The notes: generated by a model not told the origin, from the letters alone. 64,000 nt of DNA from Candidatus Doudnabacteria bacterium (GCA_016182875.1 JACPFQ010000001.1:20-64019); one strand, 5' to 3'; shown: positions 49,965-61,023, counted from the stretch's first letter. A program made the numbers and translations.

Positions 49965-51737
49965 TTACTTCTTTAAAATCGCCAAAAATGCTTCCTGGGG
50001 AATGTCCACCGAACCGATTCTTTTTAATCGCTTCTTGCCTTTCTTCTGTTTTTCTAAAACTTTCATCTTCCGAGTGACATCGCCGCCGTACAATCCCTTG
50101 GTCACATCCTTGCGCATCGCAGGAATCGTCTCGCGCGCTACGATTTTCCCGCCGATGGCCGCCTGGATTGCAATCTCGAACTGCTGGCGGAGAATCAGCT
50201 CCTTAAGCTTGAGCGTCAAGTTTCGCCCCTCAATTTCTGCCACCGATTTGTGTACAATTATTGACAAGGCATCGACTTTCTCGCCGGCAACCAATATGTC
50301 CAGCTTGACCAAATCAGCTGACCTAAAGTCGAGCAGTTCGTAGTTGAGCGAGGCGTAGCCTGAGGACACACTTTTAAGTTTATCATAGAAATCAATGATG
50401 ATGTTCGCCAGCGGAAGCTCCGCGGTAATCAACACCCGGTCATTACTTAAGTATTCCATGTTCTTATACATGCCGCGACGACCGGTGATTAATTCCAAAA
50501 TCGGACCGATATATTTTTGCGGGGCCAAGATTTCCACGGACACCCACGGTTCTTCGATTGATTCAAACAACGACGGATCGGGTAATTCTGACGGTGTGTG
50601 TATGGCCTTCGATTCTTTATTTTTAAGTATTACATGGTACTCAACTGATGGAGCGGTTAAAACCAGGCTCAGTCCATACTCTCGGCTCAGTCGTTCCTGG
50701 ACAATGTCCATATGCAATAATCCTAGAAACCCCGTTCTAAATCCGAATCCCAGAGCGGGAATGTTTTCTGGTGTAAATTCCAGAGCGGCGTCATTGAGCT
50801 TAAGTTTTTCTATGGCATCGCGAAGCAACGGATAGTCGTCCCCGGCTACGGGAAAAATACTGGCGAAGACCATAGGTTTGACTTGTTTATATCCAGGTAG
50901 TGCCGGTACTCTATTACGGCGCAGTATTAGAGTATCGCCAACTCGCGCATTCTTCACGTCACGCAAACCTGTCACAACATACCCGACCTCACCCGCAAAC
51001 AATTTAACAGACGGGAGGAATTTGGGTCTAAAATATCCTACTTCCAAAGCATCAGCCATAGTTTGTGTTCCAAGCATCTCAATTTGGTCTCCTTTATTTA
51101 TTTCCCCGTCTACGATTCGGACGAATGCAACAACACCACGGTGGGTATCGTATGTGGAATCAAAAATTAAAGCTCTTAAGAGTTTGGTCGGATCACCCTT
51201 GGGAGCTGGAATTTTTTCTGCGACCGCTTGCAAAATTTTATTAACCCCCTCACCGGTCTTACCCGAAGCATAAAGTATTTCTGATTTATCAAAGCCGAAC
51301 ACTTTAATCATTTCTGACGCGGTTTTTTCACGATCAGAATTTGGCAAGTCGATTTTATTCACCACTGGAACAATTTTCAAATTATGCTGTCGCGCCAAAT
51401 GGACATTGGCAAGCGTCTGCGCTTCGATGCCCTGCGTGGAATCAACGACCAAAATCGCGCCTTCGCACGCCGCCAGAGAACGGGAAACTTCGTAAGTAAA
51501 ATCGACATGGCCTGGGGTATCGATAAGGTTCAGTACATAGCCGTTCCATTCCATGCGCACTGGTTGAAGCTTAATCGTAATCCCCCGTTCACGCTCCAAA
51601 TCCATGGTATCCAAAAGCTGCTCTTTCATTTGCCTTTTTTCCACTGTCCTCGTCATTTCCAAAAACCGGTCAGCCAGCGTGGACTTGCCATGGTCAATAT
51701 GCGCGATAATGCAAAAATTTCTGATTTTTTCCTGCAT
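49965..51737 (-). CDS. lepA: elongation factor 4 (LepA)
   Basis: MQEKIRNFCIIAHIDHGKSTLADR... G domain plus LepA C-terminal domain. Confidence 0.95.
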   Translation of the reverse strand: MQEKIRNFCIIAHIDHGKSTLADRFLEMTRTVEKRQMKEQLLDTMDLERERGITIKLQPVRMEWNGYVLNLIDTPGHVDFTYEVSRSLAACEGAILVVDSTQGIEAQTLANVHLARQHNLKIVPVVNKIDLPNSDREKTASEMIKVFGFDKSEILYASGKTGEGVNKILQAVAEKIPAPKGDPTKLLRALIFDSTYDTHRGVVAFVRIVDGEINKGDQIEMLGTQTMADALEVGYFRPKFLPSVKLFAGEVGYVVTGLRDVKNARVGDTLILRRNRVPALPGYKQVKPMVFASIFPVAGDDYPLLRDAIEKLKLNDAALEFTPENIPALGFGFRTGFLGLLHMDIVQERLSREYGLSLVLTAPSVEYHVILKNKESKAIHTPSELPDPSLFESIEEPWVSVEILAPQKYIGPILELITGRRGMYKNMEYLSNDRVLITAELPLANIIIDFYDKLKSVSSGYASLNYELLDFRSADLVKLDILVAGEKVDALSIIVHKSVAEIEGRNLTLKLKELILRQQFEIAIQAAIGGKIVARETIPAMRKDVTKGLYGGDVTRKMKVLEKQKKGKKRLKRIGSVDIPQEAFLAILKK

Positions 51738-51739
51738 GG

Positions 51740-53329
51740 TTATTCCAATATCTGGGTGATGATATCAATTGGACGGGTAATTTTATATGCCATTGCTTTG
51801 AACAATGTCAGCAGATGCTTGGCTTCGGAAAGATTCATAATCCAGCCCATAACCAGATAAGTAAGAGAACCTATTATACCCGCGCCCACGGCTTGAATCA
51901 AGATGCCAAGATAAGTGGCCATGTTTACCACGGGTGCAATGGCGTATAAACCAACATAAGCCACCAACCCGGCGATAACCGAACTGATTCCAATCTTAAG
52001 CGAGCTGACTATCAAATAATTATCGTGGATGTGCCCGATCCTGCGGTGCAGCTCAGCTACCAGCATCAACAACTGCAATATTGTGCTCAGGGAGAACGCC
52101 AAAGCCATGCCCGGCACGCCCCAGCGCTGGACCAAAAAATAAGTCGCAGCCACGTTGACAATGACTGCAACCAAGCCAATCAGGACGGGTGTGATAGAAT
52201 TGTGCCTGGCGTAGAACGCGCGCATAAACAAAGGCGTCAGGCCTTGCGCAAACAACGAAATCACGAACAAGCCTAAGGTCAGCGACACGAGCCTGGTGGC
52301 CTCGAAGTCGAAATTCGTGCCTTGTCCGGCGCCATAGATTAAACGGACAATCTGAGCGCGCTCAACGAGCATCAAAACCGAGATCGGGACCATGAAAAAC
52401 AAAACCTGAATTGCCGTTTTGGCCAGCACATCCTTAAATCCCGGATCATCGCGGCGATTGTACAGATCCGAGAGCGTGGGAAAGACGGCCAGCGCCGCGC
52501 TGATGGCGAATATGCTCAAGAACACGGCCTGCAGGTTGTTGGCGTAGTAAAATGCCGAAAGTGAACCGGGAGCGAGGAACGAACCAAAAAAGGTGGCGAC
52601 CAGGAGAGTGACTTGCCCCGTACCCATGGAAAAAATCCTTGGCCAATATAATTTCCAGAAATCAAAAAAGTGCTTGTCCAGATGTATCGTTAAGGAATAT
52701 TTGAATTTGAGGCTGAATAATTGGGGGACCTGAATCAGAAGATGCAAAAACGCGCCCAAGATGACGCCTGCCGCAATGCCTTTGGCCCCGAATGCGGGAT
52801 AAAAAAATACAATCCCGGCTATTATCCCGAGATTATACAAGAGAGGCGCTGCGGCCATTAATGCAAACTTCCTATACGCATTAAGAATGCTTGAAACCAC
52901 TGACGAAAGCGCATGAAAAATAGGCGATAGCAAAAGCATCACCGTGAAGCTCTTCGTAAGCTGAAGAGTCTCAGCTCCAAATCCCGGCGCAATCAGCCTA
53001 AGCAGAGGGTCGATGAATAAAAGAGCCAGCAGGCTGAGTGCTGCCATCGCCAGGAGCGTTACGTTCAAAATTCCCGAGGCGAAGCGATAGGCATGCTCTT
53101 TGTCCTTGGAAAGCACCTCCGAAAATATCGGAATGAAGGCCACGGACACAGTCCCCAAAATCAGCAAATTAAAAATAAAGTCTGGGATTCGGAAAGCGGC
53201 GGCATAGGCGTCGATAATCGTTGACGTTCCGAATTCGTGGGCCAAAATTGCATCTCTGGCCAAGCCTGAGATTTTGGCAAGCAAAGAAAAAAGACCAATG
53301 ATAATTGTGGCTTTCCTTATTTCATTCAT
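51740..53329 (-). CDS. murJ: lipid II flippase MurJ (MviN)
   Basis: 14-TM MOP-family; N-terminus KATIIIGLFSLLAKISGLARDAILAHEFG. Confidence 0.88.
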   Translation of the reverse strand: MNEIRKATIIIGLFSLLAKISGLARDAILAHEFGTSTIIDAYAAAFRIPDFIFNLLILGTVSVAFIPIFSEVLSKDKEHAYRFASGILNVTLLAMAALSLLALLFIDPLLRLIAPGFGAETLQLTKSFTVMLLLSPIFHALSSVVSSILNAYRKFALMAAAPLLYNLGIIAGIVFFYPAFGAKGIAAGVILGAFLHLLIQVPQLFSLKFKYSLTIHLDKHFFDFWKLYWPRIFSMGTGQVTLLVATFFGSFLAPGSLSAFYYANNLQAVFLSIFAISAALAVFPTLSDLYNRRDDPGFKDVLAKTAIQVLFFMVPISVLMLVERAQIVRLIYGAGQGTNFDFEATRLVSLTLGLFVISLFAQGLTPLFMRAFYARHNSITPVLIGLVAVIVNVAATYFLVQRWGVPGMALAFSLSTILQLLMLVAELHRRIGHIHDNYLIVSSLKIGISSVIAGLVAYVGLYAIAPVVNMATYLGILIQAVGAGIIGSLTYLVMGWIMNLSEAKHLLTLFKAMAYKITRPIDIITQILE

Positions 53330-55328
53330 GAGCGAGTATCACTGCCCAATAATCATCTCGGCTGACTGCTGAGTTAAACTCCACGTCACTGCCAATAACA
53401 GCATTCGCGGTTGTCCAAATAGGAACCAGTGCTTCCGAATCGAGGCGCTGATGGAATTCATAAGGCAGGCTGCCGCTTTGCTTTTGAATCAGAAGACTGT
53501 AGCTGGATGTCGGCCTTAGGAAATTAGTCTTAACTTTGAACGGCAGGCGGTAGACAAACAAAACTTCCCGAGAGGCAGAAGCGGGGGTGGTCAGCCACGC
53601 CGAAAAGGCGGTTTTGCCTGACTCGGTTCTGACAAATACCCGCTCCCACTTTAATTCCCCTTCGTCCCAGGCCGCCAAATCGTTGTCGTAAGCAAGTCCC
53701 TCAGCGTAAGATTTCAGGTGCAGGCCTGGATCGACGCCGTCCACTGACAAAAGCTCGGAGCCTCGAGGCACCAAGACTCTCAAATAATCCCTGTTGTCTT
53801 CATTCGAAGTGTTGTTTCTGGCGATCTTCAGGTAATTGATTATCGTTCCGTCTCCGTAAATTTTTGTGGTCAGGTCCGCTGTTTGCGCGATCTCCAAATC
53901 TGTCTTGGTGCCGCCCATATTCGAGTTAATGACTGCCAAGTAATCGCCGTCCGCATCCTGAATCAGTCCGCCAAAATTAAGTTTGCTGATTTTGCTTTGG
54001 GTCGCCTCGTCTTTGCTGAAAAGCAAAATCTGCTTGGACATAAGGTTATCGGACAGGATTTGAAAAAACGCGAACCATCGGTCGCTTTTAAGGTCGGCCA
54101 GGCGATTCAAAACAATCGGCGCAAAATCACTTAAGAATTTCTTCGGCTCATTTTTCTGCTTATCATAATCATATGAGGTTTTGTACTGGACCACGTCCTG
54201 AAAATTCGCCTCGGTCAGAATCACTCCATACTGCTCCATAGAAATAGGCCCGACCAAGGCCAGCAGGTCCGTAAATAATTTGGGGGTCAAGGCAATCACG
54301 CCATCCGCCGTTTCTTGCCCCTGCTCGAGGAAGTAGAGCAGCTTCTGGCTGGACAGGCTAAAATCAGAAAACCAGTTTGCGTCTCTTGCTCCCCACTCGG
54401 CAATAACAGGCTGGAACGGGCCGGGGGCGGCAATGCGCTTCGTGATCCTTCCATCCAAGTCATATATGCTGTCAATTACAAGCCGCTTGATTTCACCATT
54501 GTCGATTTTTACAACGCCGTAAGTGCCTATGAAGCCTCCGGTTGCGCGCACTTCGTCATTATTTTGAAAAACCAACAAGTAAGTCTTGTTCTGACCTCCA
54601 AAAAAGGACAAGTATAGATCTTCCAGGTTGGTTAAGTTTTCAAGCATGCTTGATAAGCGCCTTATGCTCTGTGAAGCATTGCCTATGGCATTCTGATAAT
54701 CAGCCGGGAGATCGGAGGAAAGTTCAAGCTTGGCTTGCGCCTGATCAAGCATATTTTTGGCGCTCAATAAAAGCTCGAAGTTTTCTGACAGCTTCTTTGT
54801 AAAATCCCCAGTTCGAACCCCTTGGCTGTCAACGCTTAAATCGTCGAATAGCTGCAGAGCGCTGGTTATGCTTCGTCCTGCCTCTGAAAGCAAATACGCG
54901 CCAAGCAGGACGTTGTTGGCGCTTCGCGTCTGCGCCGAAACCAAAGACGCGTAGCGATATTGGTCCAATTTTTCCTGCGCCAGGAGCAGATTCTCCTGCG
55001 CTGACTTAAAAAGCACTGAGGCTTCTTCGAATTTCTGCGATTGAAGGCTGGCTGAAGCCTGGCTTAAATCGGCATAAGCCGCAGTTGCCGCCCCGAGAAT
55101 TTGTTGCGACTCCTCGCGCGTTTGTGTTACAAAGGCCAATGAGTAAACCAGGGATGCGGAAATCGCGGCAAAAAATGTGAATGAAAAAAGCGGCTCAAAG
55201 CGAAACTGCTTTGGGCTTTTGCGCCGCCCCAGGCTCTGGCTATATAAGTGCCGGTTGGGTGATTTATTCTCGGATGGGAACTTTCTCCTAACCGGGCCTA
55301 TATCAAATTTGGAGGGGATGTAAGTCAT
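53322..55328 (-). CDS. large membrane-anchored extracellular hypothetical protein (DUF4012-like), in cell-wall cluster
   Basis: single N-terminal TM, 600-aa extracytoplasmic domain, context. Confidence 0.4.
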   Translation of the reverse strand: MTYIPSKFDIGPVRRKFPSENKSPNRHLYSQSLGRRKSPKQFRFEPLFSFTFFAAISASLVYSLAFVTQTREESQQILGAATAAYADLSQASASLQSQKFEEASVLFKSAQENLLLAQEKLDQYRYASLVSAQTRSANNVLLGAYLLSEAGRSITSALQLFDDLSVDSQGVRTGDFTKKLSENFELLLSAKNMLDQAQAKLELSSDLPADYQNAIGNASQSIRRLSSMLENLTNLEDLYLSFFGGQNKTYLLVFQNNDEVRATGGFIGTYGVVKIDNGEIKRLVIDSIYDLDGRITKRIAAPGPFQPVIAEWGARDANWFSDFSLSSQKLLYFLEQGQETADGVIALTPKLFTDLLALVGPISMEQYGVILTEANFQDVVQYKTSYDYDKQKNEPKKFLSDFAPIVLNRLADLKSDRWFAFFQILSDNLMSKQILLFSKDEATQSKISKLNFGGLIQDADGDYLAVINSNMGGTKTDLEIAQTADLTTKIYGDGTIINYLKIARNNTSNEDNRDYLRVLVPRGSELLSVDGVDPGLHLKSYAEGLAYDNDLAAWDEGELKWERVFVRTESGKTAFSAWLTTPASASREVLFVYRLPFKVKTNFLRPTSSYSLLIQKQSGSLPYEFHQRLDSEALVPIWTTANAVIGSDVEFNSAVSRDDYWAVILAHE

Positions 55329-56435
55329 TTATTTCCTGGCAAACCTTGAAATGTTCAATAAGATTCCCAGGCCTGCCAAGTTTAAAGCGAGCGCAGACGA
55401 GCCGTAAGAAACAAAAGGCAGAGGAATCCCGGTCAATGGAATAATAGCTGTAATTCCGCCGACGTTTATCAGCGCCTGCAGGACTATCCAGGAAGTAATG
55501 CCCACGGCGACCATTTTGCCGAAGTCATCGGACGCGGCCAGGGCGGTTTTGAATCCCCGATATGCCAACAGGAAAAAAAGGAACAAGATAATGCTGATTC
55601 TTACAAAACCCAGCTCTTCAGACATAATCGCAAAAACCGAATCGCCGATTGGCTCGGGCAAATAATTGTACTTCTGCCGGGATTGGCCAAAGCCAAGGCC
55701 CCACAATCCTCCTGAGCCGATGGCCAAAATTGCCTGGTTGATTTGATAAGAGGCTCCCTGCACATCTGCCTGCGGATTTAAATACGCCAAAATTCTATGC
55801 AGACGGTAGGGCGCGGCCTTGATTGCCAGCCAAAGGATAAGCAAGCCTACTCCCCCGGCAGTCAAAAGATGTTTTATCCGGGTACCGCCTATGAAAAACA
55901 TGCTGGCGGTTATGGCCGCCAAGACGAGCATTGTCCCGATATCCGGCTCAAGCATAATCAAGCCGGCCAGCAAACCGGTTATGGCCAGGCTTGGCAGGAA
56001 GCCGTAGTACAAATCGCGGGCATGATGCTTCCTTTTATCAAACCAGCTGGCCAAATACAAAACAGTCGCCAGTTTTACGAATTCGGCCGGCTGGAAAAGG
56101 AAAAACCCAAAATCAATCCACCTTCTAGCGCCCCCGACCTCAGGCCCGACCCCCGGCACCAGCACAATCAGAAGCAGACCAATGCCAACCAGCACCAGAA
56201 GCGGGGCGATTTTTTGCCAATAATGGTAATCAATTCTCGAAAATAGATACATCAAAATCAGCCCGGGAACCGCGCCGAACATCAGCTGGCGCAAAAAATA
56301 GTAATAGTTGTTCCCAAATCTCTCAAAGGAAAGGACGGTGGAAGCCGAAGATACCACAAGCAAGCCAAACCCCAGGAGTATTAGGGCCGTGATCAATAAA
56401 ACGTAATCAACTTTAGGCAAGGCTCTCGATTTCAT
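55329..56435 (-). CDS. ftsW: SEDS-family peptidoglycan glycosyltransferase FtsW/RodA
   Basis: 10-TM; GGARRWIDFGFFLFQPAEFVK. Confidence 0.88.
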   Translation of the reverse strand: MKSRALPKVDYVLLITALILLGFGLLVVSSASTVLSFERFGNNYYYFLRQLMFGAVPGLILMYLFSRIDYHYWQKIAPLLVLVGIGLLLIVLVPGVGPEVGGARRWIDFGFFLFQPAEFVKLATVLYLASWFDKRKHHARDLYYGFLPSLAITGLLAGLIMLEPDIGTMLVLAAITASMFFIGGTRIKHLLTAGGVGLLILWLAIKAAPYRLHRILAYLNPQADVQGASYQINQAILAIGSGGLWGLGFGQSRQKYNYLPEPIGDSVFAIMSEELGFVRISIILFLFFLLAYRGFKTALAASDDFGKMVAVGITSWIVLQALINVGGITAIIPLTGIPLPFVSYGSSALALNLAGLGILLNISRFARK

Positions 56436-57667
56436 TTGAGTTCGCTTACTGCTTTCACGAATTGCTCTCCCCTATCAGATTCATTTTTAAACATGTCGAA
56501 GCTGGAAGTCGCGGGCGAGAAAATAATGACATCACCTTTTTCCGCCATCGAGAGGGCTTGCTGCAATATTTCCGTAATATTTTTTGCTCCGGTCAAAATT
56601 TTCCCCTTATATCCTTCCACTGCCTTCAGTATCTTGCCTGTCACTTGGCCGAACACCACCAACCCTCTAAGCTGTTTGGCTCGCAAGATTTCATTGCCCA
56701 GGAAGGTAAAATCAAGGCCCTTGTCAAAACCCCCAATCATTAAAATTTTCGGCTCCTTAAAAAACGCATGCATTGCCTCGATGGCAGATTCCGCATTGGT
56801 GCTGAAGCTGTCGTCAATAATAGTGATGCCCTTATATATACCGACGGGATTGAGTCGATGCGGCAAGGGCTTGAACTCGGCCACAGTTCTTCTAATGACC
56901 TCTTCCGACGCCCCCAGTTCTTTTGCCGCAACAGCGGCAGCAGCTATATTCTCTTCATTGTGCGCACCAAGCAGTTTCCATGGGTAATAACGCAGGGCGT
57001 CATCGCGTCTGAAGGTAACTTTTTTCCCCTGGCCAAGCTTAAAAAAATAAGGCGACAACCGAATATTTAAAATTGCAATATCGTCCTTGCCTTGATTGGC
57101 CAGCAATTGTCCCTTGGCCCTGGCATACTCTTCCATGTCAGCGTGATGGTTTAGGTGATCCGAATAAACGTTGGTTATGACTGCGATGTGAGGACTCTTG
57201 TGCAAGTCCTGAAGCTGAAAGCTTGAGAGTTCCAAAATCACCAGATCCTCCGATGTTAGTTCGTCTAGAAACTCGAATGGATCGTATCCTATGTTCCCGG
57301 CGAGCCAGACCTTCCTACCGCCGGCCTTGAGAATTTCATAAAGCAGGCTTGCGGTGGTGCCCTTCCCTTTCGTGCCCGTTATTCCGACAATCGGACAGGG
57401 GCAGAGGTCAAAAAAAAGCTTCGTCTGGCTGTATATCGTTGCTCCGGCGCTCAGTGCCCCCTGTACAGGCTGCGAAAGAAGCGGCAGGCCGGGTGTCCGA
57501 AAAATTATCTGGTAGTTTTTCAATTTTGCGGAAAGGCCGGCAATTGACTGCCACTCCACCACATCATAAGCCAGGTTCTTTTTGCCGAAATATTGGGCGA
57601 GGTTTTCGTTGTTGACCCCCAAACCAACAATGGCAATTCGTTTTTGGCGCAGATCTTCAAGGGTCAT
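56432..57667 (-). CDS. murD: UDP-N-acetylmuramoylalanine--D-glutamate ligase
   Basis: GITGTKGKGTTASLL (P-loop), Mur ligase middle and C-terminal domains. Confidence 0.9.
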   Translation of the reverse strand: MTLEDLRQKRIAIVGLGVNNENLAQYFGKKNLAYDVVEWQSIAGLSAKLKNYQIIFRTPGLPLLSQPVQGALSAGATIYSQTKLFFDLCPCPIVGITGTKGKGTTASLLYEILKAGGRKVWLAGNIGYDPFEFLDELTSEDLVILELSSFQLQDLHKSPHIAVITNVYSDHLNHHADMEEYARAKGQLLANQGKDDIAILNIRLSPYFFKLGQGKKVTFRRDDALRYYPWKLLGAHNEENIAAAAVAAKELGASEEVIRRTVAEFKPLPHRLNPVGIYKGITIIDDSFSTNAESAIEAMHAFFKEPKILMIGGFDKGLDFTFLGNEILRAKQLRGLVVFGQVTGKILKAVEGYKGKILTGAKNITEILQQALSMAEKGDVIIFSPATSSFDMFKNESDRGEQFVKAVSELK

Positions 57668-59244
57668 TTTGTTAGAACGGAACCAAAACTGCCTGACATA
57701 TTCCCGCCGCGAACGGCGGATTGGCCGTTGACCAATACATGATCGATGCCGACTGCCTGAATAAACGGATGTTCGTAAGTCGCCCTATCGCTGACCTTAA
57801 GCGGATCGAAAACCACAATATCGGCAAAGTTATTTTTGGCGAGTGTCCCGCGGCCTCGAATTCCGAGCAGTTTTGCCGGCTCGGAGGTTAATTTTTTGAC
57901 TGCCAGTTCAAAGCTGATGGCCTTTTTCTCGCGGACCATTTTCAGAAACCGCGGCATCGTGCCGAAGCATCGAGGGTGGACCAAATTATTGAGGTCCTCT
58001 TTGGAATAGCCGGCTCCGTCCGTGGCTATGAGCGACAGCGGAGAAAAAGCCAGCAGTTCGACGTGCTCATCCGACAAGTTGTGGTCGAAAATTATAACTT
58101 GGGTTTTGCAGGCCGACAAAATATTTAATACTGCCTCTTCGTTGCTTACTTCTTGATTGGCGGCGATCTGGGCTATGGATTTTCCCACAAACGAAGGGTT
58201 GTGCTCGGCGTGAGCAATTATGATATTGCTGAAATTTTCCTCGGCAGCCCGCAGGTAATCCAAAATTTTTCTTCTCTCTGAGGCCGAGTTGATTCGGCGC
58301 AAGATTGCAGCCCGCCCGCCCTCATAAGCCCATTTAGGCAAATAGGTGTACAAAACCGACCAGGAAGTGTCGTAAGGATAAACGTCAAAAGCCAGGTTCA
58401 AGCCCTCATGGTAGGCAATCTCGAGCTTGCTTGCCATTCTATCGAATAAATGCCAATTTTTTTTGCCTCGAATTTTAAGATGCGAAATTTTCAACGGCAC
58501 CGAGGCTTCACGGGAAAGCTCAATCGCTTCATCCAGCGCTTCCAGGATATGGCTGCCTTCGGAGCGCAAATGCACGCTGAGATATCCACCGCCGGCTTTA
58601 AGCGTCTTTGACAAAGCTGTTAATTCTTCCAGGCTTGAATCAACTTCGTGGGCATAAATCAGGCCGAGGGAGAATCCAAACGCACCCGCCTCCAATGACT
58701 TGCGCAAAAGATCTTCCATGATCCTGATTTCATCTGCCGTGACTGCCCGAACCTGGTCGCCTAAGATTCCCCGCCTGAGAGTAGCGTGCCCCACCAGGCT
58801 GCCGACATTGACGCCTAATTTATTTTCACCAAGCGCCGCGGCCAATTCTGCAAAAGTTGCCCAGTTGAGGTTTACCCCGGACAAATCATGCCACTTCTGA
58901 ACGGCTTTAATCGCCTCCTGAGACGCAAGGGGGGCCAAGGACGCCCCGCAATTGCCTACGATAATGGTCGTAATGCCCTGGGATAAGAGGCTTGACTGCT
59001 CCGGCTGGTCAAACAAAGTCCAGTAAGAATCCGAATGATTCTGAATGTCTATAAATCCGGGGGAGACGAACTTGCCCTTGGCGTCAATAACTTCCTTGGC
59101 CCGCTCTTTTGGAATAGCTGGGGCAATTTCAACAATCCTCCCCTTTTCAACAGCGACGTCTGACTTGAATCCGAGCTGGCCCGTGCCATCGATCACTGTT
59201 CCGTTTTTTATTAAAATATCATGCATGCAAAATTCAGCGTCCAA
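57664..59244 (-). CDS. N-acyl-D-amino-acid deacylase / D-aminoacylase family amidohydrolase
   Basis: MHDILIKNGTVIDGTG...GFIDIQNHSD (HxH metal motif); probable start at Met 59226. Confidence 0.75.
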   Translation of the reverse strand: MDAEFCMHDILIKNGTVIDGTGQLGFKSDVAVEKGRIVEIAPAIPKERAKEVIDAKGKFVSPGFIDIQNHSDSYWTLFDQPEQSSLLSQGITTIIVGNCGASLAPLASQEAIKAVQKWHDLSGVNLNWATFAELAAALGENKLGVNVGSLVGHATLRRGILGDQVRAVTADEIRIMEDLLRKSLEAGAFGFSLGLIYAHEVDSSLEELTALSKTLKAGGGYLSVHLRSEGSHILEALDEAIELSREASVPLKISHLKIRGKKNWHLFDRMASKLEIAYHEGLNLAFDVYPYDTSWSVLYTYLPKWAYEGGRAAILRRINSASERRKILDYLRAAEENFSNIIIAHAEHNPSFVGKSIAQIAANQEVSNEEAVLNILSACKTQVIIFDHNLSDEHVELLAFSPLSLIATDGAGYSKEDLNNLVHPRCFGTMPRFLKMVREKKAISFELAVKKLTSEPAKLLGIRGRGTLAKNNFADIVVFDPLKVSDRATYEHPFIQAVGIDHVLVNGQSAVRGGNMSGSFGSVLTK

Positions 59245-60280
59245 TCAGGTTAATTGCCACACCCAGCGTTGCCGCAACCCCAGAAATGACCCAAAACCGC
59301 ATGGTGATCTTGGTCTCAGGCCAACCGATTGCCTCAAGGTGATGATGTATCGGGCTTGAGAGAAAAAGCTTTTTGCCTAAAGCCTTCCGCCAAAACACTT
59401 GCAGTATGGTCGAAACAGATTCAAGCACAAGAATAAAGCCGACTATTGGCAACACGGCCACGGAATTGGTTAAAAAAGCGATGACCGCGAGCACCGTGCC
59501 CAGCGACATTGACCCGGTATCGCCCATGAAAAACCGCGCAGGGTAAATGTTGAACCACAGGAAGGCCAGAAGCGCGCCAGAAATCACGGCCGAGAGTGCG
59601 GCCAGCTCGTGCCGCCCCTGCATAAAAGCAATGAGGCCATAGGCAAAAAAACAGGTGGCCAAAACTCCCCCGGCCAGGCCGTCCAAGCCGTCCGTTTGAT
59701 TGACTGAGAAGCTGGTCGCAATGACCACGAAAATAAAAAGCGGGATATACCACCAGCCGATGGTAAAATCACCCAATCCCGGGATATGCAAGATGTCGAA
59801 TTCAAGCTTGAAATAAAACCAATAAGCGCCAACCAGCGCCACCAGCAAATAAAAAAGCAATCTGTGCCTCACCCGAAGCCCTCCGCCTTGGCCGCCGCCG
59901 ATCCCTTTCACTCCCAAATAATCGTCCAGCAAACCAAGCAGGGCCGCGGCCCCCAAAACGCCCAGGGGCAGCAGCGTTTGCTGCCTGGTCAAAAAATTAA
60001 GATTATGGAAAAATTGCAGGTCCAAAACCCGGTCCAGAAACCAAAACAGCGAAGCCAAGAGCAGAGTCGTGGCCCAAACAAGAATTCCGCCCATAGTCGG
60101 GGTTCCCTGCTTTTTTTCATGGAGTTTGCTGAAGTAAGGGGTTGAACCGTCAGAACGGATTTTTTTTCCAAGCTTGTGCTTATATAAAAAATTGGTAAAA
60201 AGCGGGGTTAAAGCAATAGCCACAACGAATGAAATTGTGGCTAGACTGAAAATCTTGATTAGAGCAGCGGCTGGTAACAT
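59234..60280 (-). CDS. mraY: phospho-N-acetylmuramoyl-pentapeptide transferase
   Basis: 10-TM; KKQGTPTMGG, NQTDGLDGLAGG, GDTGSMSLG. Confidence 0.92.
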   Translation of the reverse strand: MLPAAALIKIFSLATISFVVAIALTPLFTNFLYKHKLGKKIRSDGSTPYFSKLHEKKQGTPTMGGILVWATTLLLASLFWFLDRVLDLQFFHNLNFLTRQQTLLPLGVLGAAALLGLLDDYLGVKGIGGGQGGGLRVRHRLLFYLLVALVGAYWFYFKLEFDILHIPGLGDFTIGWWYIPLFIFVVIATSFSVNQTDGLDGLAGGVLATCFFAYGLIAFMQGRHELAALSAVISGALLAFLWFNIYPARFFMGDTGSMSLGTVLAVIAFLTNSVAVLPIVGFILVLESVSTILQVFWRKALGKKLFLSSPIHHHLEAIGWPETKITMRFWVISGVAATLGVAINLIGR

Positions 60281-60335
60281 TTTTATGTTTCAAGAAATCA
60301 AAATTGCCACCAAATTATACCATATTTACAATGGG

Positions 60336-60364
60336 TTGACAAAACGACTAATTTAATAGATAAT
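60336..60364 (+). promoter_or_regulatory. near-consensus sigma70 promoter TTGACA-17-GATAAT pointing into the structured array
   Basis: -35 TTGACA at 60336-60341, 17-bp spacer, -10 GATAAT at 60359-60364. Confidence 0.55.
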
Positions 60365-61023
60365 TGCCTGTCGGTGAGACGATTCTAATGTCTCACCGCC
60401 GGACTGATTTGGACGAAAGAATCCGTGTCTTCAAGACGAGGAGCGGCATGTCCACTCAGTCCGTCCTTTTCTCAAGCATAGACAATCGCATTTGCGAGGA
60501 CCCCGGACTCCGATCCGGGGAACGAAGCAATCTAATCTTGAGAAAGGGTGCGATGTTGCGATTGTTCTTGAATGGACGAAGGGACATGCGCACCCTCGTG
60601 GCGGACGAAAATATTTATGTCCTTTACTGGACGAATGAGGGAGTGTCCGCCACGAAATTTTAAACCGGAGGAATCAAGTTTGGTGAGACGAGGTGCGAGG
60701 TGTCCGCTAGGAGGACGAACTTAGTGGTGTCTCACCACCGGACTGAAAGACGAATCCAAGGATGTCTCTTGTAGACGATGGGTCGTATGTCATTTCAGTC
60801 CGGCCTTTTCCAAATGATTCATCTACGAAATAGAACTCCCCTCTCCTGGAGAGGAGAGGGGTCGGGGGTGAGGTGGATTATTCATTTGGAAAGGGTACGA
60901 GAGTTTCATTGTCCATATAGGACGAACCACCGACTGTACCCTTTTGGCGGACGATTGATAGCATGTCTGAAGTAGACGAGCATGTCTTTGTCCGCTACCA
61001 CGTTCCTTTTCAAGGAGTGCGCC
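60365..61023 (+). ncRNA. candidate structured non-coding RNA array (about 8 stem-loop modules with conserved stems and variable loops) upstream of the recombinase gene
   Basis: stems GGTGAGAC/GTCTCACC, GTGGCGGAC/GTCCGCCAC, AGGGTRCG/CGYACCCT, CCGGACTGAAA/TTTCAGTCCGG; inner hairpins GTCY-N5-8-RGACGA; promoter upstream. Confidence 0.5.
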
